NCBI GenBank assembly: GCA_020697715.1
Contig: JAEHCO010000001.1
Span: forward strand, 576,001 to 640,000
Source: Methanobacteriota archaeon
Lineage (GTDB): Archaea; Thermoplasmatota; Thermoplasmata; SG8-5; JAGLSY01
Direction: 5' to 3'
DNA length: 64,000 bases
The notes under the pieces were generated by a model that saw only the letters and a program-made list of their open reading frames with translations, ran no database searches and had not been told where the DNA came from. Positions 56,008 to 64,000 of this stretch are shown here, piece by piece. Positions within the stretch are counted from its first letter, which is position 1, and each line of letters opens with the position of its first letter. The translations under genes were made by a program, and so were the position numbers.

Positions 56008-57013
56008 GACAGTTGATGCATTCTCAAAGCTCGATACAAAGGGCAGCCATCTCAAGACCAAGAGAACCAGAAAATATGAGGAGGTCGAGCGTGGCCCTCA
56101 TATCATCAGGTTAAAGAAAGGTTCGGTGCCAACATACATAAAACTGACACCCTTCCAGGAGTTCTCATGGGGATTAATGGGCAATTATGCCAAGAATAAA
56201 TACAAGGCTGATGAGGATCTTGAGAGCAATCTGATGAAAGCCCATATGCCGATAAGGCCAGAAGAACATATGGCAGTGGCCTACACGATGGCTCTTATTA
56301 TGGGAATTGTTGGCGCCATAATGCTGATAGTTATTCCTATCGTCCTATCTTTCCTGGACATGCTGGTCGTGGGAGTTCTGATAGGCGTGATGGCCGTGGT
56401 ATTGCTTCCAGTAATGGGCTTCTTCGGTGTCAAAAGTTCCCCTGGTGGGAAAGCGAAATCCCGGGGAAGGGATATCGATAAAAGGATTTCGGGAGTTATG
56501 AGTTTCATTTCCGCCATGGCCTCGGCCAATGTTCCGGTCGATGTCATTTTCAAGGAACTATCCAAGCAGGATGTGTACGGTGAGATCCAGAACGAGGCTG
56601 AATGGATAACACGAGACACGGAGCTTCTTGGTATTGATATTCTCACAGCCATCAGGAGAGGCTCACTGCGTTCACCATCAATTAAATTCCAGGATTTCCT
56701 TCAGGGTGTTGTAACAACCACGACATCTGGAGGTCAGCTGAAGCCTTATTTCATCATGAAGGCCGAGCAGTTTGAGAAGGAGAATAAATTAATGATGAAG
56801 CAGACCATGGAAACCATGGCCATGATGGCCGAGAGTTTCGTCACAGTGGTCGTGGCATTTCCACTTTTCTTAGTGGTCATACTTGCCATTATGGCTATCA
56901 TCGGAGGCAATGCGGCTTCCACTACCAATATATTGTTCATGGTCATAGGGATCATGATACCAGCATCACAATTTGGTTTCATATTCGTAATCTGGAGCAT
57001 AAGTCAAGAGTAG
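55997..57013 (+). CDS. Type II secretion F-family platform protein (TadC/FlaJ-like)
   Basis: TM pair, then FISAMASANVP...YGEI..EAEWI.RD..LLG.D...SPS..FQDFLQG. TTG start at 55997 follows a GAGGAGG SD. Confidence 0.85.
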   Translation: MAHETVDAFSKLDTKGSHLKTKRTRKYEEVERGPHIIRLKKGSVPTYIKLTPFQEFSWGLMGNYAKNKYKADEDLESNLMKAHMPIRPEEHMAVAYTMALIMGIVGAIMLIVIPIVLSFLDMLVVGVLIGVMAVVLLPVMGFFGVKSSPGGKAKSRGRDIDKRISGVMSFISAMASANVPVDVIFKELSKQDVYGEIQNEAEWITRDTELLGIDILTAIRRGSLRSPSIKFQDFLQGVVTTTTSGGQLKPYFIMKAEQFEKENKLMMKQTMETMAMMAESFVTVVVAFPLFLVVILAIMAIIGGNAASTTNILFMVIGIMIPASQFGFIFVIWSISQE

Positions 57014-57026
57014 AGGTGCAGAAAGA

Positions 57027-58055
57027 ATGGCAGCAACCAAAGAAGAAATGAGGAAACTGGCGATCGCCAGTAAAAAGGACCACACCAGGACAGTTATAGT
57101 GGTGGGTGCCATCATATTCTCAGCATTTCTGCTAGTCGGCATATTGAACTTAACAGAGCAGATCGACACATCATTCAAGTCATTAGAACTAATAGATAAT
57201 AACGAGGACGGAATTATAGATAAATGGGATGCGAACTCCGGATATGATAGTGATGGTGATGAAGTACCGGATCAAGGGCAAACGCCTATGATGAGATTCT
57301 TAAATCTATTATTTTTAGGTGCGGCTTTCCTTTTTGGCCCTTGGGCTTTCTATGCCTCATCCAAAGCGAAGAACATCGAAGCTATCGAGAGAAGGATACC
57401 TGATTTTCTTAGAGATGTGGCTGAAGCAGGTCGATTTGGTATGACACTGGCCGATGCTATCGTTGTCGCTTCATCTGGTAGATACGGTAAACTCACGCCC
57501 GAGATCAAGAAGATGGCAGCCCAGATCGAATGGGGTATCACAGCCACTGAGGCACTGAGGCTCTTCGCAGATAGGATGAATACCGCATTGGTGAACAGAG
57601 TTGTCGCGATCGTCATTAAATCCAGTGATGCTGGTGGCAGTGTTGCGGATGTTCTTACAATGGTGGCTCACGATACCAAAGAAGAACAGCTATCACAGCA
57701 AGAGAGGGAGATCACGATGAGTACCTACCTGGCTGTTATTTACATAGCTTACTTCGTGTTCCTGGTCACTATTATAATTCTTAATGCCACTTTCCTTCCA
57801 AAGATAAGGATCGCGGGAATGGCGGTAGCAAGATCGGCAGAGGCCGCGGGTCTAGGCAGTGCGAATGTCGGAGGCATGTCATTGGATGTATCAGCTATAC
57901 CCAATATCGAGGTAGCTTTCTTCCTGGCATCCATGATCCACGCTGTCGGAGACGGTGTGATGGCTGGCGTACTCCAGAATGGCAGGATATCTGATGGATT
58001 GAAGCACAGCTTCATATTGATATTCCTTGGAATACTGATATTAACATTTACATGA
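57027..58055 (+). CDS. Type II secretion F-family platform protein (TadB/FlaJ-like)
   Basis: IERRIPDFLRDVAEAGRFGMTL...YGKLTPEI...WG...GG.VADVL; C-terminal TM helices with GLKHS. Confidence 0.87.
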   Translation: MAATKEEMRKLAIASKKDHTRTVIVVGAIIFSAFLLVGILNLTEQIDTSFKSLELIDNNEDGIIDKWDANSGYDSDGDEVPDQGQTPMMRFLNLLFLGAAFLFGPWAFYASSKAKNIEAIERRIPDFLRDVAEAGRFGMTLADAIVVASSGRYGKLTPEIKKMAAQIEWGITATEALRLFADRMNTALVNRVVAIVIKSSDAGGSVADVLTMVAHDTKEEQLSQQEREITMSTYLAVIYIAYFVFLVTIIILNATFLPKIRIAGMAVARSAEAAGLGSANVGGMSLDVSAIPNIEVAFFLASMIHAVGDGVMAGVLQNGRISDGLKHSFILIFLGILILTFT

Positions 58056-58066
58056 GGTGACATGAA

Positions 58067-59893
58067 TTGGCAGATGCAGCAGAGAAGAAATCCATGAGCG
58101 ACCACCAAAAAGAACTAGAGGCCATAGATGATGAGAAGAAGTCGGCCGAAGAGAAATTGAACGAGCTCAAGGATGAAGAGGCCAAGACTGAGGCCGAACT
58201 CGAATCTTTAGAAGAGCGTAAGCAAGCATCTACTTTCTCAGCCTTCGATGACCTGAAGAAAAAATACATGACCATGCTAAGTGGCAAGAAAGCGATCAAG
58301 GTCAAAGTATCAAAGGGGGCCAAGGAGAGATCCAATATCAAGGATGTCACCACAATACCCAAGATAAGGGAGAAACATTTACAGGAGATCGAGATAATCC
58401 CAGTTATCGAAGGATACTCGTATGTCAGGATCCTTTATGATAATATATCCAGTGATTATTTCTATGAGTGTATCGAACCTGCTCTGAAGGAAGAGGAGGA
58501 GGATGTCCTCGAGGTTCTCAAGGAAATAATGGTGGACACCCTCGCGCATATAGAGGATGCTACTGAAGAGGTCAGAGAGCAATACCTGAGAGAAGGTGTG
58601 GACAGCCTGCTCAAAGATATGGGAGTTACATTGAATCCCATATCCAAGGAAAGGGTGATCTATTACATTTTAAGAGATTTCATCAGATATGGCCCTATCG
58701 ATGTTCCAATGATCGAAGGGGGCGTGGAGGATCTTTCTTGTGATGGTGTCGGTGTGCCTTTCTATATTTATACAAGGCAGTATGGTTCCATTCAATCAAA
58801 TATCAAGTTCGATACAGCCGAGAGTTTGGATGCCTTCGTCGTATGGCTGGCCCAGAAGTGTCAGAAGCACATATCCGTGGCAGAGCCCATGCTCGATGCC
58901 ACCATTCCAGATGGCTCCAGGCTGAATGCCACCCTGGGAACTCATGTTACAAAAAGAGGTTCTTCATTCACCATCAGGCGATTCAAGGAAGATCCTTTCA
59001 CACCACTTGATCTAGTAAGGTTCAAGACCATGTCGCCGGATATGATGGCCTACATATGGCTGTGTATTGAGAATGGGAAGTCCATTCTCGTTTGCGGTGG
59101 TACTGCGAGTGGTAAGACCACGACGCTGAATGCGGTTCTGATATTCATTCCGGCCCAGATGAAGGTCGTTAGTATTGAGGATACGAGAGAATTGAACCTG
59201 CCCCATGAGAACTGGGTGCCATTGCTTACAAGATCTGGCTTTGGCGGTAAGGATGCCACAGGAAAGGCGGCTGGAGAGATCGATATGTTCGATCTTCTAA
59301 TGGCGGCTTTGAGGCAGAGGCCACAGTACATGATGGTCGGTGAGGTAAGAGGTTCAGAGGCCAGTGTGGTCTTCCAGGCAATGGCCACAGGTAAGAGCGC
59401 GTACACCACTTTCCACGCGGAGAATGTCCAGGCAATGGTGAACAGGATGGAACAGCCCCCGATCGAAATTCCGAGGGCATTGCTCACGGCTTTGGATCTT
59501 GTTCTGATGCAGGCTCAAGTGAAGGTGGGAGATGGAATGACACGACGTGTGAAGTCTCTCACGGAGATCTTCGGCATGGATCCAGATTCTGGAGATCTGA
59601 TCACGAACTCCGTATATACATGGAATCCAGCGGATGACACATTCAATTACAGTGGACACAGCTACATTTACGAGAACATAGCCGATAGTAAGAACTGGAC
59701 CCAGAGGGAGATGATGCGAGAGGTCAAGCGTCGTATCGACCTGTTGGAATACATGAAACTCATTGGTATCAAGACGAACCGCCAACTTGCCAAGGTCGTA
59801 TCCGCATACTATACCAACCCAGAAGTTACTATGGAAGATGTCAAGGTCGTGCTGGCAGGTGGAGAATCAACCATACTCACTCATTTAAAATAA
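58067..59893 (+). CDS. Type IV pilus-family ATPase, copy 2, with N-terminal coiled coil
   Basis: VEDLSCDG, DGSRLNAT, GGTASGKTT, EDTREL, LRQRPQYMMVGEVRG; GAGGTGA SD before the TTG. Confidence 0.93.
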   Translation: MADAAEKKSMSDHQKELEAIDDEKKSAEEKLNELKDEEAKTEAELESLEERKQASTFSAFDDLKKKYMTMLSGKKAIKVKVSKGAKERSNIKDVTTIPKIREKHLQEIEIIPVIEGYSYVRILYDNISSDYFYECIEPALKEEEEDVLEVLKEIMVDTLAHIEDATEEVREQYLREGVDSLLKDMGVTLNPISKERVIYYILRDFIRYGPIDVPMIEGGVEDLSCDGVGVPFYIYTRQYGSIQSNIKFDTAESLDAFVVWLAQKCQKHISVAEPMLDATIPDGSRLNATLGTHVTKRGSSFTIRRFKEDPFTPLDLVRFKTMSPDMMAYIWLCIENGKSILVCGGTASGKTTTLNAVLIFIPAQMKVVSIEDTRELNLPHENWVPLLTRSGFGGKDATGKAAGEIDMFDLLMAALRQRPQYMMVGEVRGSEASVVFQAMATGKSAYTTFHAENVQAMVNRMEQPPIEIPRALLTALDLVLMQAQVKVGDGMTRRVKSLTEIFGMDPDSGDLITNSVYTWNPADDTFNYSGHSYIYENIADSKNWTQREMMREVKRRIDLLEYMKLIGIKTNRQLAKVVSAYYTNPEVTMEDVKVVLAGGESTILTHLK

Positions 59894-60096
59894 TTCATAC
59901 TTCGATCTCGACTATCTAATATCTTTACTAATATGATATATTATGATATCATTAATGATTATAAGATGTAATAGAGTCTTATGATATATACTATACAGCT
60001 AATGCACAAATTGCTCAACAATCATTCTTGTTTTTAAGATAAAGTATGTAAAAAAGTATATAGATGATGATGTGTTCCGCCCCATTGGTGAAATAA

Positions 60097-60264
60097 ATGG
60101 ATGAAGACGTGGTCTGTACATCTTGTAAGATCCCTTTGATCGAAACAGGTAGTTCCGTATTCAAATGCCCCAGTTGTACCAAAATCACAATTGGTAGATG
60201 CATCAGATGCAGGGATCAGAGTGTTAGCTATGAATGCCCAGAATGTGGATTTCAGGGTCCGTAG
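60097..60264 (+). CDS. Small double Zn-ribbon protein (DUF1610/HVO_2753-like), 55 aa, absent from the ORF track
   Basis: Manual translation gives MDEDVVCTSCKIPLIETGSSVFKCPSCTKITIGRCIRCRDQSVSYECPECGFQGP; GGTGA SD; usual position upstream of aEF-1beta. Confidence 0.92.
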   Translation: MDEDVVCTSCKIPLIETGSSVFKCPSCTKITIGRCIRCRDQSVSYECPECGFQGP

Positions 60265-60273
60265 GTGATATAT

Positions 60274-60540
60274 ATGGGAGATGTAGCAATAACTTACAAG
60301 GTCATGCCAGACGGATTGGAAGTAGATCTGGTAGAATTGAAAACCAATCTAACTGAAGAATTGACCAAGATATGTAGAGTGAACAGTATAGAGGAAAGAC
60401 CACTGGCTTTTGGACTGAAAGCATTGATCGTTCAGGTCATCATGAAGGATGGCGAGGGCGTGGTGGACAAGCTGGAACAGTTAATACGTGATGTTCCCGG
60501 TGTCCAGAATGCCGATGTAGAAGACATGGGTCTTATCTGA
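60274..60540 (+). CDS. ef1b: Elongation factor 1-beta
   Basis: MGDVAITYKVMP...PLAFGLKAL; ATG lies 5 nt after AGGTGA. Confidence 0.93.
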   Translation: MGDVAITYKVMPDGLEVDLVELKTNLTEELTKICRVNSIEERPLAFGLKALIVQVIMKDGEGVVDKLEQLIRDVPGVQNADVEDMGLI

Positions 60541-60602
60541 TAAAGCATACCAGCGATATTCAATTATTTCTATATGCTCTATTTCCAAAGGTAGGCTATG
60601 CC

Positions 60603-60968
60603 ATGGGCAAAAAGGGAAGATACGCTAAGCAGAAGGACCGGCGAAAGAAGATCGCCAGTGAAAGAATATCCATCCTCATGGAATTGGCTGATAAGGAAGC
60701 CATATCTGGCAAATTGGATAGGGCTAGTCGATATGGATATCTGGCAAGGAAGATCGGAAAAAAATATAATGTACGCTTGCCAGGTACCTTCAAGCATAAA
60801 TATTGCAAGCACTGTGGCACATACCGGGTACCATCAAGAAACACCCGGGTTCGAATATCGCGTGGCCACATAACCACACATTGCCTGGAATGTGGTGACA
60901 TATACAGAAGACCATACATAGTGAATGGAAATAGATCAATAAAGGAAAGTGAACTCAATGGACAATAA
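60603..60968 (+). CDS. rnp4: Ribonuclease P protein component 4 (Rpp21/Rpr2)
   Basis: IASERISIL...RY..LARKIG...CKHC...RVRI...CLECG..YRRPY. Confidence 0.92.
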   Translation: MGKKGRYAKQKDRRKKIASERISILMELADKEAISGKLDRASRYGYLARKIGKKYNVRLPGTFKHKYCKHCGTYRVPSRNTRVRISRGHITTHCLECGDIYRRPYIVNGNRSIKESELNGQ

Positions 60969-61218
60969 GACCAAAAGAGAATTGAGGGGCAAGGCGCAAT
61001 CCATACAGCCCACGGTTCGTGTCGGAAAGTCCGGGATCACGGAACAGTTGATCGATGAGATCAAGAGCCAGCTTTCCAATAAAGAACTCATAAAGATCAA
61101 GATACTTGGCTGTGACAAGAATGAAGTTAAACTAATTGCCACAGAATTATCCACCCACACCAAAGCAGAGCTCATAGATGTCAGGGGCAATACGATGGTC
61201 CTTTGGAAAAAGGGTTAA
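60958..61218 (+). CDS. YhbY/CRM-domain RNA-binding protein
   Basis: LRGKAQSIQPTVRVGKSGIT...ELIKIKI...VRGNTMVLWK. Confidence 0.9.
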   Translation: MDNKTKRELRGKAQSIQPTVRVGKSGITEQLIDEIKSQLSNKELIKIKILGCDKNEVKLIATELSTHTKAELIDVRGNTMVLWKKG

Positions 61219-61304
61219 ATATCCTTGGCTGTTTGTCAACCCGAGGCCAACCATATATTGGTCTCGTCTCGCTGTTAAGGTAGTGGGGTAAATATACGCA
61301 CAAT

Positions 61305-61388
61305 GCGGGGGTACCCGAGCATGGCCAAAGGGGCTAGGTTGAGGGCCTAGTGGTTAGTCCTTCGAGGGTTCAAATCCCTTCCCCCGCA
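61305..61388 (+). tRNA. tRNA-Leu (GAG)
   Basis: Acceptor stem GCGGGGG/CCCCCGC plus discriminator A; anticodon arm ctagg-ttGAGgg-cctag; long variable arm; T-arm gaggg-ttcaaat-ccctt; T-run after. Confidence 0.95.
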
Positions 61389-61413
61389 CTTTTTCTTTTA
61401 CCTTCGCTGCGCT

Positions 61414-61532
61414 GGCTCACCCTCCAAAAGAAAAAGGCGCACAAATCGAATCAAGCCAATTGGCTTGATCAAAATAAATGCGTAGGTTCCATAGGTAAAG
61501 TCGCATTTAAAAAAAGAAAAATCGGGTGAGCC
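61414..61532. repeat. Nested inverted-repeat element
   Basis: An outer 9-bp IR ggctcaccc/gggtgagcc encloses a 20-bp perfect palindrome (61450-61469) and an 8-bp IR taaatgcg/cgcattta (61475-61509). Confidence 0.8.
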
Positions 61533-61672
61533 TGCTCGCTCAGTAAGTATGTACCTTCCTTGCATTGCAAGACAACCAGTAAATTGAAAAGCTTTGTAGA
61601 TGTAAAATATTAAAACGAGAAGAGCATTATGGGATTGTAATATCTACCTATTGAAAGGATGGAGATGTAAAA

Positions 61673-61978
61673 ATGAATCAATACGATATCAAAAGAGGAC
61701 ATTTTGGAAATATCGAGGGCGATAAACTTAAAAATTTGATGAAAGACATATTTGGAAATGCCAAGAAGGATGGCGACAATTTTGTATCCACTTATGGCGC
61801 GCTTGACAAGCTCATTGTCGGATTCGATGGAAAGAAGAAGCTCAATGTCGAGACCGTGATGAACCCGAATGTCGATAATGATGTGGCTTCAGACACTATC
61901 AAGCAGTACAATGATTTTCTTCTGAGAGCAACTGGCTTCACATCCAAAGAGCGCAAGAAGAGAGCGAACAAAGCTTGA
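61673..61978 (+). CDS. Conserved archaeal protein, DUF5611-like
   Basis: MNQYDIKRGH...STYGAL...YNDFLLRATGFTSKERKKR; GGAG SD. Confidence 0.75.
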   Translation: MNQYDIKRGHFGNIEGDKLKNLMKDIFGNAKKDGDNFVSTYGALDKLIVGFDGKKKLNVETVMNPNVDNDVASDTIKQYNDFLLRATGFTSKERKKRANKA

Positions 61979-62021
61979 TCCAATATTCCGTCAAGCTTTA
62001 GCCTTTTTTCTTTATGCTAGC

Positions 62022-63488
62022 TCACGTCCTGTACGTACTTGGCGACAGCACAATTAGCCCTGTCAATATCTCAAGTCTACCTATCCACATGCAGAATGTC
62101 AGTACTATCTTCGCAAAGGAATTCAAATTATGAAATCCCTCTCCTGGCATGAAGATGCCGAGTCCGGAATTGGCCAAGCAGCTGGCGACTGCGGATAATG
62201 ATGTCTCGATACCAACACCAGTGCCACAGATCAATACTACAGCCACTACAAGCACAAGTAGGTAGCTGAAGAAGAGCAATTGCACCCGTGCCACCACTTT
62301 TTCCGGGATCACTCTGTTATTGAATTTCACTGCCAGGACGGCTCTTGGATGGATGGATTTCAATATACCATTCTTCATATTTTCCAGAAGAATGAGTATT
62401 CGGGATATCTTCAATCCTCCACTTGTTGAGCCAAGTGTCGCTCCTACCAACATTGCGAGGATGATGAGCGCATACACGATAGGTGGCCATTGAGCGATAC
62501 CATCGGCTGTTGAGAACCCACTAGTGGTTCCCGCAGATACGATCTGGAACATTCCTTTTCTGAAAGATTCTCCAAATCCAAATTCACCAGAAAGATACAG
62601 TGCGAATATCGAAATGAAAGCAAGCATCCCGATCCAGATGAGGAAAGCCCTCAGTTCGGGATCCATTATCACTTCCTTGTACTTACCAGTGATAACTCTG
62701 TAATGGAGGATGAAGTTCGTACTGCCTATGATCATGAACATCATGACTATCAGTTCCACACCAGGACTATCGTAGAATCCGATATTGTCCGAGTGCACGG
62801 AGAACCCGCCAGTGGACAAGGTGGAAAAGGATGTCGCCACTGAATCAAATGGAGACAGCCCTGCTATCAACAATAGAATTATCGACAGTAATGTGAATAG
62901 ACCATACACACCCCACAGTATCCTCGCTGTTTGGTGTAATTTGGGCTTGAGGCGGGTGACAGTCGCACCTGCCACCTCGGCCTTGAAGAGATGCACTCCC
63001 CCCTCTAAGAAACGTGCCAGTATCACGACACTGAAGACTATGATACCCATACCGCCAAGCCATGTGGTCACCGCCCGCCACATGAGTATGCTGTGCGAAT
63101 GAATGTCTATATAATCTCCATTGGAAGGGTCCAATATTGTGGCTCCAGTCGTTGTGAAGCCAGACATGGACTCGAAGTAAGCATCAATTGGGCTGGTGAT
63201 GGAACCGGAAATGAGGAAAGGCAGAGCTCCCAAAGCAGCGATGACCAACCATCCGATCCCCACGACCACGAAGGCCTCCCTTTCTCTAAGGTCTTGTCCC
63301 CAGTCCTTTGTGTAATACCACATGGTGGTTCCTAAAACAACAGATAGCAGCATGGGCAAGACGTATGTCTTGAACAGGAAGATCCCAGATTCTCCGTAGA
63401 TGGCTCCTGTTATCAGGGGGACAAAAAATGCAAAGCTGAAAAGAAGAATGATATACCCCATCACCGCAATTATGCCATCCTTTCTCAT
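62022..63488 (-). CDS. trkH: TrkH family potassium uptake membrane protein
   Basis: FESMSGFTTTGAT, WLGGMGII, LSTGGFS, GSTSGGLKISR, MWIGRLEI. Confidence 0.95.
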   Translation of the reverse strand: MRKDGIIAVMGYIILLFSFAFFVPLITGAIYGESGIFLFKTYVLPMLLSVVLGTTMWYYTKDWGQDLREREAFVVVGIGWLVIAALGALPFLISGSITSPIDAYFESMSGFTTTGATILDPSNGDYIDIHSHSILMWRAVTTWLGGMGIIVFSVVILARFLEGGVHLFKAEVAGATVTRLKPKLHQTARILWGVYGLFTLLSIILLLIAGLSPFDSVATSFSTLSTGGFSVHSDNIGFYDSPGVELIVMMFMIIGSTNFILHYRVITGKYKEVIMDPELRAFLIWIGMLAFISIFALYLSGEFGFGESFRKGMFQIVSAGTTSGFSTADGIAQWPPIVYALIILAMLVGATLGSTSGGLKISRILILLENMKNGILKSIHPRAVLAVKFNNRVIPEKVVARVQLLFFSYLLVLVVAVVLICGTGVGIETSLSAVASCLANSGLGIFMPGEGFHNLNSFAKIVLTFCMWIGRLEILTGLIVLSPSTYRT

Positions 63489-63495
63489 ATGATCC

Positions 63496-64000
63496 TCAGC
63501 CTTTTCTCGAACGCATGAATAATTTATCGATCTTCTTCAAGGATTCAGTGCCAGCAAATATGATCAATCGATCCCCTGGTCTCACAACATCAAATTGTGT
63601 GGGTCTGAGAACAGTGCCACCTCTTATGACCGAGCCAATGAAGCTATTGTTCGGTAGCTTCACCTTGCCGAACTCTTTCCCAACTATCCACAGATCATCG
63701 GAGACGAAGACCTCCAGAACCCGTGATTCATTTGATGGCAAGCTTGTTATCTGCTTCGTTGTGGGTCTTTTCTGACCAGGCTTTGCAATATGTTTCAACA
63801 TGGTATTGGCAGTTATCATCCTCGGGCTCAAAGCAACCGTGATGCCTATCTGCTCGAATAGTGGAATTAGATCCGGATCCTCTACCAAAGCCATTGTCTT
63901 CCTAACTCCCAATCTCATTGCGATCAAGCATGCCAGCATATTGAACTCACTGCTTTCGGTGGTGGCTACGAAAGCTCCAACATCCTCGATACCCTCCTCT
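63496..64000 (-). CDS. trkA: TrkA potassium uptake regulatory subunit, C-terminal part (continues beyond the window)
   Basis: Frame is open to the window edge (EEGIEDVGAFVATTESSEFNMLACL...ALSPR), followed by an RCK_C domain; adjacent to trkH. Confidence 0.88.
   Translation of the reverse strand, partial: EEGIEDVGAFVATTESSEFNMLACLIAMRLGVRKTMALVEDPDLIPLFEQIGITVALSPRMITANTMLKHIAKPGQKRPTTKQITSLPSNESRVLEVFVSDDLWIVGKEFGKVKLPNNSFIGSVIRGGTVLRPTQFDVVRPGDRLIIFAGTESLKKIDKLFMRSRKG

Noticed and set aside
54307-59893. Archaellum (fla/arl) operon
   Set aside because: No archaellins or flaF/G/H genes, and the platform is split into two TadB/C-like genes.
59925-59995. Repeated atgatat; a 13-mer atattatgatatc shared with 36245-36257; possible replication origin
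   Set aside because: Very AT-rich, low-complexity sequence; no ORB-like repeats and no orc1/cdc6 gene nearby.

Overview
This is a 64-kb archaeal chromosome segment. Alba, Pus10, L21e, Rpo4, aEF-1beta, Rpp21, GGTGA-type Shine-Dalgarno sites and TATA boxes identify it as archaeal, and the gene set suggests an uncultured Thermoplasmata lineage (inference). The first ~23 kb is a cluster of very large membrane-anchored surface proteins built from beta-helix, PKD, Ig, FN3 and Ca-binding Asp-rich repeats. The rest holds housekeeping genes, two tRNAs, a long Lhr helicase, a site-2 protease, a STAND ATPase-TPR protein beside a KaiC-like ATPase, two orphan family-5 substrate-binding proteins, a type IV pilus-like operon with two ATPases, and Trk K+ uptake genes. 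Strongest leads: (1) a two-copy, 140-175 nt non-coding element with conserved GC-rich hairpin stems and variable loops, located upstream of lhr and purB; (2) a ~125-aa module resembling the DUF3383 phage tail-sheath domain, inserted three times into two giant surface proteins; (3) a longin/roadblock-like domain inserted between Walker A and Walker B of the STAND ATPase; (4) a pilus motor operon whose second ATPase has an altered His-box; (5) a nested palindromic element after tRNA-Leu. No CRISPR array, rRNA, transposase, integrase or reverse transcriptase was seen. All domain calls come from motif recognition by eye; no database search was run.
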